Assembly: GCF_006345805.1 (NCBI RefSeq)
Contig: NC_043001.1
Location: forward strand, 114,762,001-114,826,000
Direction of reading: 5' to 3'
Source of the DNA: Octopus sinensis
Taxonomy: Eukaryota
Length of the DNA stretch: 64,000 nucleotides
Part shown: one piece after another, positions 1 through 12,575 of the stretch
Layout: the number at the start of each line of letters is the position of its first letter
Numbering within the stretch: the stretch's first letter is position 1
Translations under genes and position numbers: made by a program
Notes under the pieces: model-generated
What the model was told of the DNA's origin: nothing
The model's database searches: none
Seen by the model: the letters and a program-made list of their open reading frames with translations, nothing else

Positions 1-825
1 AGATAGAAATTAGAAAATTATTTTCCGCAACAAAATACACGGAAGAGCTTCTGTTGTGAGCATTGGGCATGCTGGAAAAAGTAGCCATATTCATTGAAAT
101 TGCACCCAACACACTAAAAACAGAAATAACAGTCAAAAGAGGTATGGCAAACGCTGGAATACCGTTTGATGTTAGGTCTCCTCTATCAGAGATCCCATTT
201 AACTAACGAGCAGCGATATAAACCCATCGCACACACATTAGTCGGAATTACTAGAATTATATAAAAGAGAATATCTACTAAACGATGCAAAATGACAGTT
301 AGATATATTCAGAGGGAATCACAGGGACGATAATTTAACGACAGCGAGAAACAGGCAAACTAAAATGTGTGTAGTTCCCTTTAATTCCACTAGAATAAAC
401 TACGTTAACACAAAGCATAACTGTGAATTATTACATACAAGTCACATCTACTCTTCACCTACACAAATATTTGCACTAATGAAGTAGCAACACTGAACAT
501 ATCAATCATCTACTAACCAACTCTCATCCAAATTAGACACAGTGGTCTTAACATTTCAAGCACTAATTTTATAGAGCATTTCTACACTCACTGCATCTGA
601 ATAAATTCCAGATGGTCACTGCTGAAATAACTTTCATCATGGGTCTGCTCAATTACACCTAACACCAGGTTAAACAACCACAGAAGCAGTAAAGATAATA
701 ATAATCGCTAATGTAGACACACGGTCAGCAGTTTAGAGGAGAGGAATTAGTGGATGACGTTGAGCCCAGTACTTGATCATGCTTTATACTATCGGTCACA
801 GAAGTATGATAAAGTAGACGTTGGC

Positions 826-892
<67 letters not shown>

Positions 893-900
893 TAATAATA

Positions 901-935
<35 letters not shown>

Positions 936-953
936 AACAACAACAACAACAAC

Positions 954-988
<35 letters not shown>

Positions 989-1015
989 TAATAATAATGA
1001 TAATAATAATAATAA
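826..1015. repeat. Compound trinucleotide microsatellite (AAT)n-(GAT)n-(AAC)n-(AAT)n
   Basis: Read directly from the sequence; it accounts for the homopolymeric ORFs at 725-1165. Confidence 0.97.
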
Positions 1016-1553
1016 TATTATGGAATAACAACAGAAAAAAGATGGTATAGGCACACACCAGAAAAGGTCACAGAAAACGAGAAAGCAACCATACTCTGGG
1101 ATATGCCGATACACACAGATAGAGAAATTAAGGCCAACAGACCAGATATAGTTGTCAGAGATCATGAAGAAAAAAAATGCTTTCTAATTGATGTATCAAT
1201 ACCGGCTGATGACAACGTGTCTCTAAAAGAAATGGAGAAACTCTCAAAATACAAAGACCTGGAAATAGAGGTAACTAGAATGTGGAATCTGAAAACAGAA
1301 ACAATTCCTATCATAGCAGGTGCATTAGGCATGATAAAAAAATATTCAGACAAATACATAACAAAAACACCAGGACTTACAAACACATATAACATACAGA
1401 AAATTGCACTACTAGGCACTGCACACATCCTACGCAGAACACTTTCCATACAATAACCATCAGAGCATCACAACAAATCACAGCATATACCCAAGGCACA
1501 CAGAGCTGTGCTCGGTAGTGAAGTGAAAGCACGCTATAAAAATAAAACTACTG
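1016..1553 (+). mobile_element. 5'-truncated R4/Dong-clade non-LTR retrotransposon: restriction-like endonuclease (RLE) C-terminus plus 3' UTR
   Basis: Open frame 1016-1456: YYGITTEKRWYRHTPEKVTENEKATILWDMPIHTDREIKANRPDIVVRDHEEKKCFLIDVSIP...KYKDLEIEV...IPIIAGALG...QKIALLGTAHILRRTLSIQ. The RPD..D and KxxKY motifs are typical of RLE-type LINEs. (AAT)n flanks both sides. Clade assignment is from remembered motifs. Confidence 0.88.
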
Positions 1554-1566
1554 AATAATAATAATA

Positions 1567-1637
<71 letters not shown>

Positions 1638-1652
1638 TTAATAATAATAATA

Positions 1653-1871
1653 GAGCGGGATGGGCTACTCAACCTGAAGAAAATTCTAACTGGGCCCCAC
1701 CTGCAAGGTCATGTGCTGCTTATCTTGATATGAGATCACCATGTCGCGCACACATGGTTGTGATGCATGTGCCTGGTGTACCTTTATCAGACGGGTAGTC
1801 ATGATGGGTATATTGGGCTTCGTATATTTTACCCCAGTGTCATTTTGATGGCATGCACTGCTCTCTCACTC
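1653..1871 (+). mobile_element. Short 5'-truncated copy of a non-coding retroposon 3' region ending in (AAT)n (copy 1)
   Basis: GAGCGGGATGGGCTACTC...CTCTCTCACTC followed by (AAT)n; clearly homologous to 2140-2357. Confidence 0.75.
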
Positions 1872-1902
1872 AATAATAATAATAATAATAATAATAATGA
1901 TA

Positions 1903-2357
1903 ACAAAGATGGACTACAGCAAATATTCTGCTCAGTACCACAGATTTGCTTGTCAGTTGCTTGATCTTAAACAGTCCCTTAGTGGCTGACGATATGTGCA
2001 ACTCTAATCAGAAGCAGAAGTCGTAGGGGAGCATTATAGCCAAGTGCAGAGTGGAATTCTTTGAGGTTTGGATAATTCACATTTATAAGCAGGAGTGTTT
2101 TTTCAACTTCCGTAAACAAACCTTATTCAGGGGTCTTTTGAGCGGGATGGGCTACTCGATCTGCAGAAAATTCTAACTGGGCCCCATCTGCAAGGTCATG
2201 CACTGCTTATCTTGATATGAGATCACTAGGTCACCTACATATGGTTGTGATGCATGTACCTGGTGTACCCTTATCAGAAGGATAGTCATAATGGGCATAT
2301 GGGCTTCGTATGTTTTACCCCAGATTCACTTTGATAGCCTGTACTGCGCTCTCAGTC
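1903..2357 (+). mobile_element. Longer copy of the same (AAT)n-tailed retroposon 3' region (copy 2)
   Basis: 2140-2357 aligns with 1653-1871 and ends at the same point before (AAT)n. It has about 240 bp extra 5' sequence and is flanked by AAT repeats. Confidence 0.7.
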
Positions 2358-2384
2358 AATAATAATAATGATAATAATAATAAA

Positions 2385-3150
2385 AAGGCATATTTACAGC
2401 TTTCACTAGATTCGGACCATTTAGCTTTGACTTCATCAGCTTCCTTACTCTTGTGATGTACTCCTCAATTTTCGATTTCATTTCTATGGTTAGTATTCTG
2501 TAAAATTCTAATAACGCTAGATACTTATAACTCTCCCTTTCAGTGATTTTAATGTCTGGACATCACTGTTTACTACCGGTCCCTTTTTCATTACTAATAT
2601 TGCACATTTGTCTATGTCAAGTTCCATTCCTATATCTTTGCTAAAGAGTCTTGCTGTTTGTATTATGGAATCTATCTTTTTTTCGTTCTTACTAAAATAT
2701 TTTAGATCATCCATGTAGAGCAAATGGCTAATTTTATCTTCACTATTTCTAAACTGATACCCTGTCTTTGCTGTCCTTAATACTAAACTGAGGAAAATTA
2801 AACGTAAAACAAATATTAAAGGGGATAGCAAGTCTCACTGGAAAATTCCTCTCTTGATATTAACTTTCTCTCAGGCTGTGTCATCTGAGTAGATATATGG
2901 TTTCCATTTCTTCATGCTAATACTAATTAATTCTCTTATGTTATCTGCAGTACTGAATATACTCAAACATTCATTTATCCATGAGTGTGGAATCATGTCA
3001 TAGGATTTCCTATATTCTATCCAATCCATGCTATTGTTAACTTTTTCTTTCTACATTTTACTTCATTTAGAACTGCTTTATCTAACGTATAATAGATCAT
3101 GCGTTCCTCTAGCCTTCTCCCTGTAGCCTTTCTGCTCTTCTGGTAGCAAA
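2385..3150 (-). mobile_element. Decayed R4/Dong-type LINE reverse-transcriptase fragment
   Basis: Minus-strand pieces with stops and frameshifts: LLPEEQKG...YRKSYDMIPHSWI...NIKRGIFQ...LSPLIFV...KISHLLYMDDLKYF...DKCAILVMKKG...KLMKSKLNGPNLVKAVN. YMDD is the catalytic motif. Confidence 0.88.
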
Positions 3151-3221
3151 TTCTGTCTGTCTGTCTGTCTGTCAAGGTGTTCGTAAATACTTTCTAAGAA
3201 TATTTCCGTTATGAACTAACA

Positions 3222-3306
3222 TATTACTATCATCATCATCTCATCATCATCATCATCATCATCGTCATCATCATCATCATCGTCGTCGTCGTCGTCATCA
3301 TCATCG

Positions 3307-3365
<59 letters not shown>

Positions 3366-3436
3366 GTCGTCGTCGTCGTCGACGTCATCATCATCATCGT
3401 CGTCGTCGTCGTCGTCATCGTCATCATTATTATTAT
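3222..3436. repeat. (ATC)n/(GTC)n microsatellite
   Basis: Read directly; source of the poly-D/M/T ORFs. Confidence 0.95.
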
Positions 3437-4253
3437 GAATAATTTGCACGTTACTTACGATTACCATTCGTTCTTCGATTGCCTGTTCTCAACAAGAAAC
3501 TTAGATAAACGTCACTTTTATGAATTTATATGCAATGCCCCATAAAACAGGCTTTTAACGGAGAACATTTTCTGATCCTAAATCTATGTTTTCAATATCT
3601 TTTTTCAGTTCAGTGCAATCGAAGTCCAATTTCATATGACTAATGGGGATTATATACCTACTGTTAGTTGGTTTTGACCATGATCATCTAATTTCGATCT
3701 ACAAGTCAGTATAGGTGTAGTTGTATTGAATATCATTTATGATTATCTATTGCAGCTTCGGTGGGAAAATTTGTTTCAAATTGAAAAATACTTTATCATC
3801 ATTCACGTTGTATTTGCAAGATAAATTTTCCTTCATGTTGATTTAACAATGTCAAAATTAAATTAATATACGGCTATCAATATTATACAATAAATTTTGC
3901 TGTGCACACGACTATTTCTTTTTCTGTGAAATGTAAGTGAAATAGAACAGGTGAACCGTTAGGGGAAGAATACAGATTATTTAGACACTTATCTTGCTGA
4001 GAGATTTTACAATGACCGTATTAGGGAGACGATATATATGTTATACTTCGTAATGATTTCTTCCTATCTCTTTACGTTACCCATAGCAACACAAGCCTAA
4101 CTGCCATATCTCGTTTCTTATAAAACATGCACACAGTTGAATATGGACATCTAGAGGTTTTAGTCATGTTCCTACATAGATGCTGGTGAAACTAGAAATG
4201 GTGTATCAGATTAAGAAGGAGTGGTTGTGTTGTTGTTGGCGATGGCGTTCCTG

Positions 4254-4301
<48 letters not shown>

Positions 4302-5020
4302 AAGGAGATAACGTTGAAGATTTAGAAATAAAAAAACTAAAAAGCAATAATCAAAACTTAATTTACGATGAAGAAGAGGATGGCACCACCACGAAAGAAG
4401 AGGAAAACAAATAAAATATTTAGTTAAAAATATAACAATAAAACTTTATTAGTGAATATAAAAATAGATAAATTTAAAAACTAGAAAAGAAAAATTACTA
4501 AAAACTTTTATAATGACGAAAATAAATCGTCCATAATTAATTAAGCAGAATCATAATTATCGTAAATTTCCCCGTTTTACGTTTTTTAATGGCGGATTTT
4601 TATATTGTATATAGATTTAGCCAAGCCATTTGATTGTTTTACACACCACATTATCTGCAGAATAATAACTGTGACAGTTATATGTAAAGGCGATAACAGC
4701 AACAAAAGTAGTATTCACATAACTGCAGAAATAGACCCAGCAATACAATAATGTTCTTATTTCCACTTTGATTAAGATACAAGTATTTAATTAATAAACA
4801 TTGATTTCTATGTTACAAGACAATACAAACTACGCGGGGGAAACAGCTATTATGATCAAATCATGATTTCACTGATATTTATTTTATTGATCCAGGATTA
4901 ATGAAACATATCGTTCATTCCGGTAGATTTTAAACTTAGTATATAAACTGAGGCAACTAAATACATCTAGAATATTTCCACCGTGCTACTGATATTCCCA
5001 GTCCACAACTCACTGAAATT

Positions 5021-5245
5021 GAGCTGGCAGAAACGTTAGCACGCCGGCCGAAATGCGTGGCCGTATTTCGTCTGCCGTTACGTTCTGAGTTCAAATTCCG
5101 CCGAGGTCCACTTTGCCTTTCATCCTTTCGGGGTCGATAAATTAAGTACCAGTTGCGCACTGGGGTCGATGTAATCGACTTAATCCGTTTGTCTGTCCTT
5201 GTTTGTCCTCTCTGTGTTTAGCCCCTTGTGGGTAGTAAAGAAATA
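5021..5245 (+). mobile_element. tRNA-derived SINE, family A (monomer)
   Basis: Box A-like TGGCAGAAACGTTAG, box B GAGTTCAAATTCC, conserved core TTTGCCTTTCATCCTTTCGGGGTCGATAAATTAAGTACCAG; about 10 homologues in the window. Confidence 0.9.
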
Positions 5246-5850
5246 TATTTCTAATATAGAAATGAAGCCTAGAATTTGGTGAACGGATATGTACCAACTC
5301 CAACTCTTGATTGGTACATCATTTCAATTTCTCCGATTGAATTTATCGTCAGTAGGGTATGAATTTAGAATGAAAACCACCATAACAAAATGCAGTAAAC
5401 TACAGGTATGTATAACGTTCATAATTTGTAAGCAAAACTTGAACGACACCAACTCTGATATGTTGTTTCAGAGAAACAACTCGTAGTGTTTTCTACATTA
5501 AAAACATAAAACACAAATCTTTCAATCTAAGGCTGTTTCAAGTGCATATATTAATTTAAAATGTAATATGACATTTTGTCAAGAGCTTACAGTTTCTCCC
5601 ATTTTATCACTACAGTAGTGAAGTTGTATGCATTCGATATAAGATGCCAGTCAGACGATAAATTCGTCTTTCCTATCACTTAGCAAGATAGTTCTGGGGT
5701 GAAGTCGTACGTGCAGCTATTTTCTTTTTAAAATGGTAAAACGAAACAAAGCACAAATCACCAAGATTTGAAGACCTTAATAGAGGCGAAATTCAGTGAT
5801 ATTCATGCGGAAGATGGTTAATTATATTTCACTATTTGCAGATCATAGAT

Positions 5851-6018
5851 AGGCGTAGGAGTAGCTGTGTGGTAAGTAGCTTGCTTACGAACCACATGGT
5901 TCCGGGTACAGTCCCACTGCGTGGCAGCTTAGGCAAGTGACTTTTACTATAGCCTCGGGCCGACTGACCAAAACCTTGTGAGTGGATTTGGTAGACGGAA
6001 ACTGAAAGAAGCCCGTCG
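5851..6018 (+). mobile_element. tRNA/CORE-type SINE, family C (5' part)
   Basis: AGGCGTAGGAGTAGCTGTGTGGTAAG head, GGCAGCTTAGGCAAGTGAC CORE-like motif, ends GAAAGAAGCCCGTCG then (TA)n. Homologous to 47875-48034 on the minus strand. Confidence 0.85.
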
Positions 6019-6438
6019 TATATATATATACATACAAATTGAGATAGGGGTTGTAAATGCAACCCTCCATAGGATAACATATATCCAATATACTGCTAGT
6101 GAAGTACCCAACAAACTTAATACATAAATGTTAAGAATTGCGATGCAATTAATTCATTTACTGTATTATATGGGCAAAGGTAAAATGATTTACCACAAAT
6201 TCATACTGCAAAATAAGAAAATGGAGAAATACATGGAAATCAAATATCTATTACCAGATAATACTCAATCATATACTTTATTAAACCACAACATAAGAAA
6301 CTATAAGGTTAAACATAATAACATAGAACAAAACAGTGTACATGAAGGAGTGTACATAAAAGAGTAATGTTATACAATAAGTAGAATATGTATAAGAGAG
6401 TGTAAATATAAGTACATATAAATATAAATATAGACTAC

Positions 6439-6566
6439 ATCTTACAGCTGTTTCGGCCATGTAGATAAGTATGTCTCATTTTACTTATATTAGCCATTTA
6501 TGGTAGGTCAATATGTAGTTATAAATGAGACATTTACAAAAATATCCTAAGGCCTCTTTCGGAGAT
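6439..6566 (-). ncRNA. Hammerhead-ribozyme-like fold (type I, extended stem II, degenerate core)
   Basis: Minus strand: AUCU-CCGAAAGA-GGCC[about 90 nt containing the internal inverted repeat AUGUCUCAUUU/AAAUGAGACAU]GGCC-GAAA-CAGCUG-UA-AGAU. Stem I is AUCU/AGAU, stem III is the palindrome ACAGCUGU and the triplet is GUA. The core deviates from CUGANGA. Confidence 0.5.
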
Positions 6567-7059
6567 TATGTGATACAAATCAGATTACAGACATAATTAT
6601 ACAGGTGTGGGTACATACCCATAATAAAACATATACATATACATATGAGTGTATATATTCATACTCCTATACATATAAATATACATATACATAATGATAT
6701 AAATAATATAAATTAATAAACATACATATGTTCCACATTCAATGTTACAGTTTTTCAACTTAATATTGTGATATTACAATGTAGAAAACATACACATATT
6801 AATACCCAAATGCAGATATACAGAGTCAAGAGTACATTATATTAATTCTTAACAATTTCCAAAATGTCATTAATGTTAGCATCATTATCATTGTCATTAC
6901 CACTAATGCTATCAATATCATCCTTCATATTATTATTAATAACGCTAATACTAGAAAAACAATACATATATTCAATTATTATCAATATAGTCACAATAGT
7001 ACTACAATACCATGCAAGTGTTAAATATCCGCATTACATACGAAATATTTGAACTCGGA

Positions 7060-8294
7060 CGTAAATATGTCCACCTGTGGATCTTAATGTAGTGTAAATA
7101 GAATGCTTGTACTTCATATTTCGTATGTATTTGATTTTTATGTTATTTGATTTTTTATTTGTGTTGCTTAATATGGTTTTTGCTAAAATTGCTGTCTCTT
7201 TTCAGATATCATTAGAAAAAGGTAATTAAAATTCATCAAAATGACAGATCTATCAAACGTTTAATGAGGTAAAATTGTTGATGCTAGTATAGCAGGTGCT
7301 AACGTAACGAAAACAGTCGAAATGTTTGGTGTCTCAAGAAGTACTGTCTGAAAAGTAATAAAGTCTTTTCAGAAAGAGGGAAAAACCTCCTAGTCGAAAC
7401 AAAACTCTGGAAGTAAACCAAAACTTTCAGATAGTGACCGTCGGATTCTTACATGAATTGTTAGAAAGGATCACAAAAGTACAACTCCCAAATTTATTGC
7501 AGAGCTGAATGACCACCACGAGAACACAGTTTCGACAAAAACTGTTTGCCGAGAGCTGCACAAACTCGGATTTCACGGGTGGGCTGCAAAAAAACCCCCA
7601 CCACTTTCAAAAACGTTTAGAGTGGAATAAAATTCTACAGAATTGGTCCATAGAGTTGTGGAAGAATGTTATTTTCTCGGGCGAGTCATCCTTTACATTA
7701 TTTCCAACCACCGGCCGAGTATGCGAGTGGAGACAGCCAAAAGAAGCATTTGACCCAGACTGCCTTCTTCCAACTGTTAAACATGGAGGAGGATCCCTGA
7801 TGATCGTGGTGGGGAGGAGGCTATATCTTGGAAATCCACCGGCATAATGGTTTCCCTTCATTGCAGAATTAATATTCAACACTATTTAAGCATTTTATCT
7901 GATCAAATTCATCCTTTGGTTGAAGAACTGTTTCCGGGGAGAAACGCAATCTTTCAGGATGATAATACACCAATTCACACAGCTAAAGTTGTTACTAAGT
8001 GGCACAAGGAACATTCTAGTGAATTTGAACATCTTATCTGGCCACCAGTTCTGAATGTTATCGAACATTTACGGTGCATTTTAGAAAAACAATTAAGGAG
8101 TCGATATCCTCCACCATCATCACTACAAGAACTGGAGACTTGACAAAAATACCTTTGGAAACAATTCAAACTTTGTACGAGTCCAAACGTCGTACAATCC
8201 AAGCTGTAATTACTGCCAAAGGCGGTCCTACTCCTTATAAAAAATAAATTTGTTTCAAATTTGAATGTGTTTCCATTATTTCATCCAACCACTG
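7060..8294 (+). mobile_element. Decayed Tc1-family DNA transposon; transposase pseudogene 7241-8240, right TIR present
   Basis: MTDLSN...GANVTKTVEMFGVSRSTV (HTH)...VSTKTVCRELHKLGFHG...VIFSGESSF...PTVKHGGGSLMI...FQDDNTPIHT...WPPVLNVIEHL...KGGPTPY*, with multiple stops and frameshifts. Right TIR GTGTTTCCATTATTTCATCCAACCACTG is followed by TA (8295-6). No left TIR found, so the start coordinate is approximate. Confidence 0.92.
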
Positions 8295-8528
8295 TATATA
8301 TATGTATATTGCTTCGGCCACAAATGCGACTACTATACCAATCACGAAAATCAATTACTTAATACTTTACAGCGTAGGACACATAATATAGGAAGGAAAA
8401 AACATTAACAAGATATTCACAAACACACACGCACGCAAATTGGAAAATACGAAAACATGTTATACTTAAAGAAAATATAAGTTACAGAAGTAAATAAAAC
8501 AAAAATGGTTCACTGCATGTTATTTCTG

Positions 8529-8575
<47 letters not shown>

Positions 8576-8745
8576 CAACAGAGAGGGGTGAAATAATTGT
8601 TTCTTTAGAGGATTTGAAAATATTTAATGAACCTATTCATGTGAGGTTAATTAAATATTTACTTAAAATTTGAAATAATTTTAAAATATTCCATTTCAAT
8701 TTTCACCATTACTATTTATTTATTGTAATTATCATCATCGTTATT

Positions 8746-8748
8746 TGT

Positions 8749-8818
<70 letters not shown>
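8746..8818. repeat. (ATC)n microsatellite, with an (AAT)n tract nearby at 8530-8580
   Basis: Read directly. Confidence 0.95.
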
Positions 8819-8819
<1 letters not shown>

Positions 8820-9431
8820 CCTCTTGTATTTTTCCTTAATTGCTTTTATTTTCTTTTATTACTATGAATCATTATTTATATTTGTGTTCCTGAAATCTTA
8901 GAAAGGAGATTTAATCATAATCTTTTCTCTTTTAACTGCAGGAGAATTTCCAAGCTTATTTTTAAAAAATAATATAAAATAGAGAAATAAAAACTTTAAA
9001 ATAATGCAATGTATTCCATCGTTGTTTACGTAGTGGCTTAGGAGAACTTACATGCAAATGGTAATTTGATACCTCCTTGTAGAGACCTGACTGCGAATCC
9101 CATTTCACATCAATTTATCATACATTTGAAAAAGAATAAAAAACATAAAATTAAATAAACAGAATATTTCAATTGCTTTAACATATACATTTAATGAATT
9201 TCGGAAGTAAAAAATAATGCGTTAAATTTCTGATATATAACCCAAGATTTATTTTTATTCGTTTATGCGTACGATTGTTTGTAGAAACGTCGTACATTTT
9301 CAATATAAACATTATTGTCGACTACCATTTCTGTTTCACTGTGCGAAATATTCCACAGACACACGGAAAGAGATCCTTGTTATTCAATGACACTCAGTTA
9401 CTAGAAAAATAAAGATTTCGTGGAATTTAAG

Positions 9432-10018
9432 AAGGCGGCGAGCTGGCAGAAAGGTTAGCTTGCCGGGTGAAATGCGTAGCCGTATTTCGTCTGCCGTTAC
9501 GTTCTGAGTTCAAGTTTCGCCGAGGTCGACTTTGCCTTTCATCCTTTCGGGGGCAATTAAATAAGTACCAGTTATGCACTAAGGTCGATATAATCAACTG
9601 AATCCGTTTGTAGGTCTTTGTTTGTCCTCTCTGTGTTTAGCCCCTTGTGGGTAGTAAAGAAATAGATATTTCGTCTGCTGTTACGTTCTGAGTTCAAATT
9701 CCGCCGAGGTCGACTTTGCCTTTCATCCTTTCGGGGTCAATTAAATAAGTACCAGTTACGCACTGGAGTCGATATAATCGACTTAATCCGTTTGTCTGTC
9801 CTTGTTTGTCCCCTCTATGTTTAGCTCCTTGTGGGCAATAAAGAAATAAGAAACGTAAGCACGCCGGGGGAAATGCTTAGTAGTATTTCGTCTGTCTTTA
9901 TGTTCTGAGTTCAAATTCCACCGGAGTCGATAAATTATATACCAGTGGCGCCTGGGTCGATCTAATCAACTGGGACCCTCCCCCAAAATTTCCGGCCTTG
10001 TGCATAGAGTAGAAAAGC
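9432..10018 (+). mobile_element. SINE family A head-to-tail trimer
   Basis: Three successive units: about 9432-9666, 9667-9850 and 9851-10018. Possible TSD AATTTAA at 9424-9430 and 10019-10025. Confidence 0.85.
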
Positions 10019-10658
10019 AATTTAATTAGGACATCTCTTATTTCATCTAGCCCTTAGAGCGAGCTATGACTGCTTTTTAGATCACCGAAGGAAGTACGAA
10101 ATATTTATGGGGAAAAATCTCGGAGTTGAGAATTCTAGGAACAAAAGTATCTGTAATTTGTTGTTTCCTGTAGCAATTTCCATTTGTGTAAAATGAAAGT
10201 TGTTCAACACGCTTTTCCTTCTCACATTACAAATGCGCAAATAATTATTTCCGGTCTGCTCTTTGCTTTTTGTTCCATTTTTGCTTTTGGTCAGCTATGT
10301 TGTCGACGCCACTGTTTTGTCCTTGTTATTGTCGTTGTGTTATAGCTCCAGTTTATTTCTATAGTTTGGGTGTTCTTATTGTTCTGGTTGTAAATATTCT
10401 CAATCAGGAGTATCACCCAAAGATAGTTCGCCATCTGAAAGATTTCATGAAATTTTTGAACATGATATTCATAGATCCAAAAATATCATCTATAATAAAT
10501 GGGTAAAATCCGGCTTTTTGAATTTAAATTCTGATGAAATCGACTTTGTCCACCATCAGCTGAGGACTGCTAAAATAAATACCGGTCGAAAATTGTGCTA
10601 AAATTTTAAACCGTTAATTTTCGAATTACGTGTGTAACTTCAAAGGAAGTCTAATTCC

Positions 10659-10699
<41 letters not shown>

Positions 10700-10932
10700 T
10701 TCTAATATAAGGATAACATTTTTCAAAAGAAAACATTTTATCATTGTGAAAATTATAAACTATTATAAATAAGGACACAAGAAAAACAATTCTATGCCAA
10801 TATCCTAAAAAATTGTCTAACCATCTACAGTATTTTTCACTATAAGTACAGAGCATGTTGAAACGAGGAAAGCCCACTAACAGAAATTTTCAAAATTCGT
10901 TACTCCCAAATCGGAACGATTTCTGGATAAGG

Positions 10933-11022
<90 letters not shown>

Positions 11023-11114
11023 CAACAATTGAGGGTAAAATTAATTAATTATTAATCATTTCACCAAGTTTTCAGTATGTAAAGGGACCATTTAAGGCGA
11101 ATTCAAAATATTAC

Positions 11115-11472
11115 ATTTTATAAAGGGCTTAGTAAAATAAATTACTTTGCCACATACTGAACTCATTAGAAATAGCAGCCAAAAAAAATTTTTTTAGCCA
11201 TATTCTAATACTTAAAGAAAATTTCTCTCAGATAGTGCTTACTCAGAATAGCCCACGAAGGTATGGGGGTAAAAACATTAAAACATTAAAACATTAAAAC
11301 ATTTTTTAATGTTTTTACCCCCATACCTTCGTGGGCTATTCTGAGTAAGCACTATCTGAGAGAAATTTTCTTTAAGTATTAGAATTCGGCTAAAAAAATT
11401 TTTTTAGCTGCTATTTCTAATGAGTTCAGTATGTGGCAAAGTAATTTTATTTTACTAAGCCCTTTATAAAAT
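11115..11472. repeat. Near-perfect long inverted repeat (about 169-bp arms, about 20-nt spacer)
   Basis: 11115-11283 is the reverse complement of 11304-11472 with few differences; spacer is CATTAAAACATTAAAACATT. Confidence 0.95.
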
Positions 11473-11477
11473 ATATA

Positions 11478-11830
11478 TATATATATCGCAAATAAGATAA
11501 TGGAGGAGAACAATAGGTGGTTCATCAACTTTTGGACATTAAAATGTTAACTTATTTATTAAACTGATAATTATAATAACATACATACATATAACATATT
11601 ATTCTTTGCATATAAGATATAAGATATAAAATATAAAATAATATAAATATAATATATAAAATATAATATTATATTTTATATCCTATATATTATATGCAAA
11701 CAATAATATGCTCTATGTATGTATGTTATAATAATTATCAGTTTAATAAATAAATAAGTTAACATTTTAATGTCCAAAAGTTTATGAACCACCTATTGTT
11801 CTCTTCCATTTTCTTATTTGCGATATATAT
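11478..11830. repeat. Imperfect inverted repeat (about 130-bp arms around an AT-rich core)
   Basis: TATATCGCAAATAAGATAATGGAGGAGAACAATAGGTGG... versus ...CCACCTATTGTTCTCTTCCATTTTCTTATTTGCGATATA. Confidence 0.92.
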
Positions 11831-12124
11831 TAATGGTAAAACATCTCGTTACCTTCACCCATTTAATACACTAGGTAAGTTAATTGCACTGCTATAAAAA
11901 GACACTTGAATATTAATAATTGGGTATTCTACCAACAGTATATTGGATAGATATTATCCCTTAGTGGGTTGGATTCACAACCCCCAACTTTCTTGGAGTT
12001 ATATATGTATATATATATATTAGAAGAAATGGGGTACTCAGAAATCTGGATTGTTTTATATTTACAGATATTTATTAGTATGTTACCTGTTTTTATAAAT
12101 CATATATAATAGCACTTTCGTCCA

Positions 12125-12575
12125 CTCTAGCGGTATTTCGTCCTTCTCTACGTTCTGTATTCAAATTCCGCTGAGGTCGAATTTGCCCTTCATCCTTTCG
12201 GGGTCGATAAAATAAGCTCTGGGGCTGATGTAATTAACTTACGTGACCCCACTAAATTACTAGCCTTGTGACTAAAATTGAAACCGTTATCATTATGATC
12301 ATTGTTATTAAGTTCACAAACTGGAAAATCGCTGCCGAAGTGTAATCCCCTCCCATCAAAATCCCCTGGCCAAAATTTGAAACATATCATTAGGCTGCGA
12401 ATTGGCAGAATCATTAGCACACTGGACAAAATGCTTAGCGATATTTCGTCTGTCTTTGCTTTCTGAGGTCGACATTGCCTTTCATCCTTTCGGGATCAGT
12501 AAAATAAGAAACAGTTGAGACTGATCCCCGCCCATGAAATTGCTGGCCATGTGCCAAAATTTGAAATCAATATAA
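12125..12575 (+). mobile_element. Two degenerate SINE family A copies
   Basis: The core TTTGCC(C/T)TTCATCCTTTCGGG appears at about 12182 and 12476, with box B-like CAAATTCC in the first copy. Confidence 0.7.

Noticed and set aside
60-400. Possible RT remnant (EITVKRG..., IYSEGI)
   Set aside because: Too degenerate to support by eye.
5021-5110. tRNA genes at SINE heads (also 37362, 43778, 57101)
   Set aside because: No complete cloverleaf or acceptor stem, and each continues into a SINE body.
10556-10610. CTGAGGA...GGTCGAAA hammerhead-like string
   Set aside because: Stem II register is broken, and there is no valid UH triplet or stem I.
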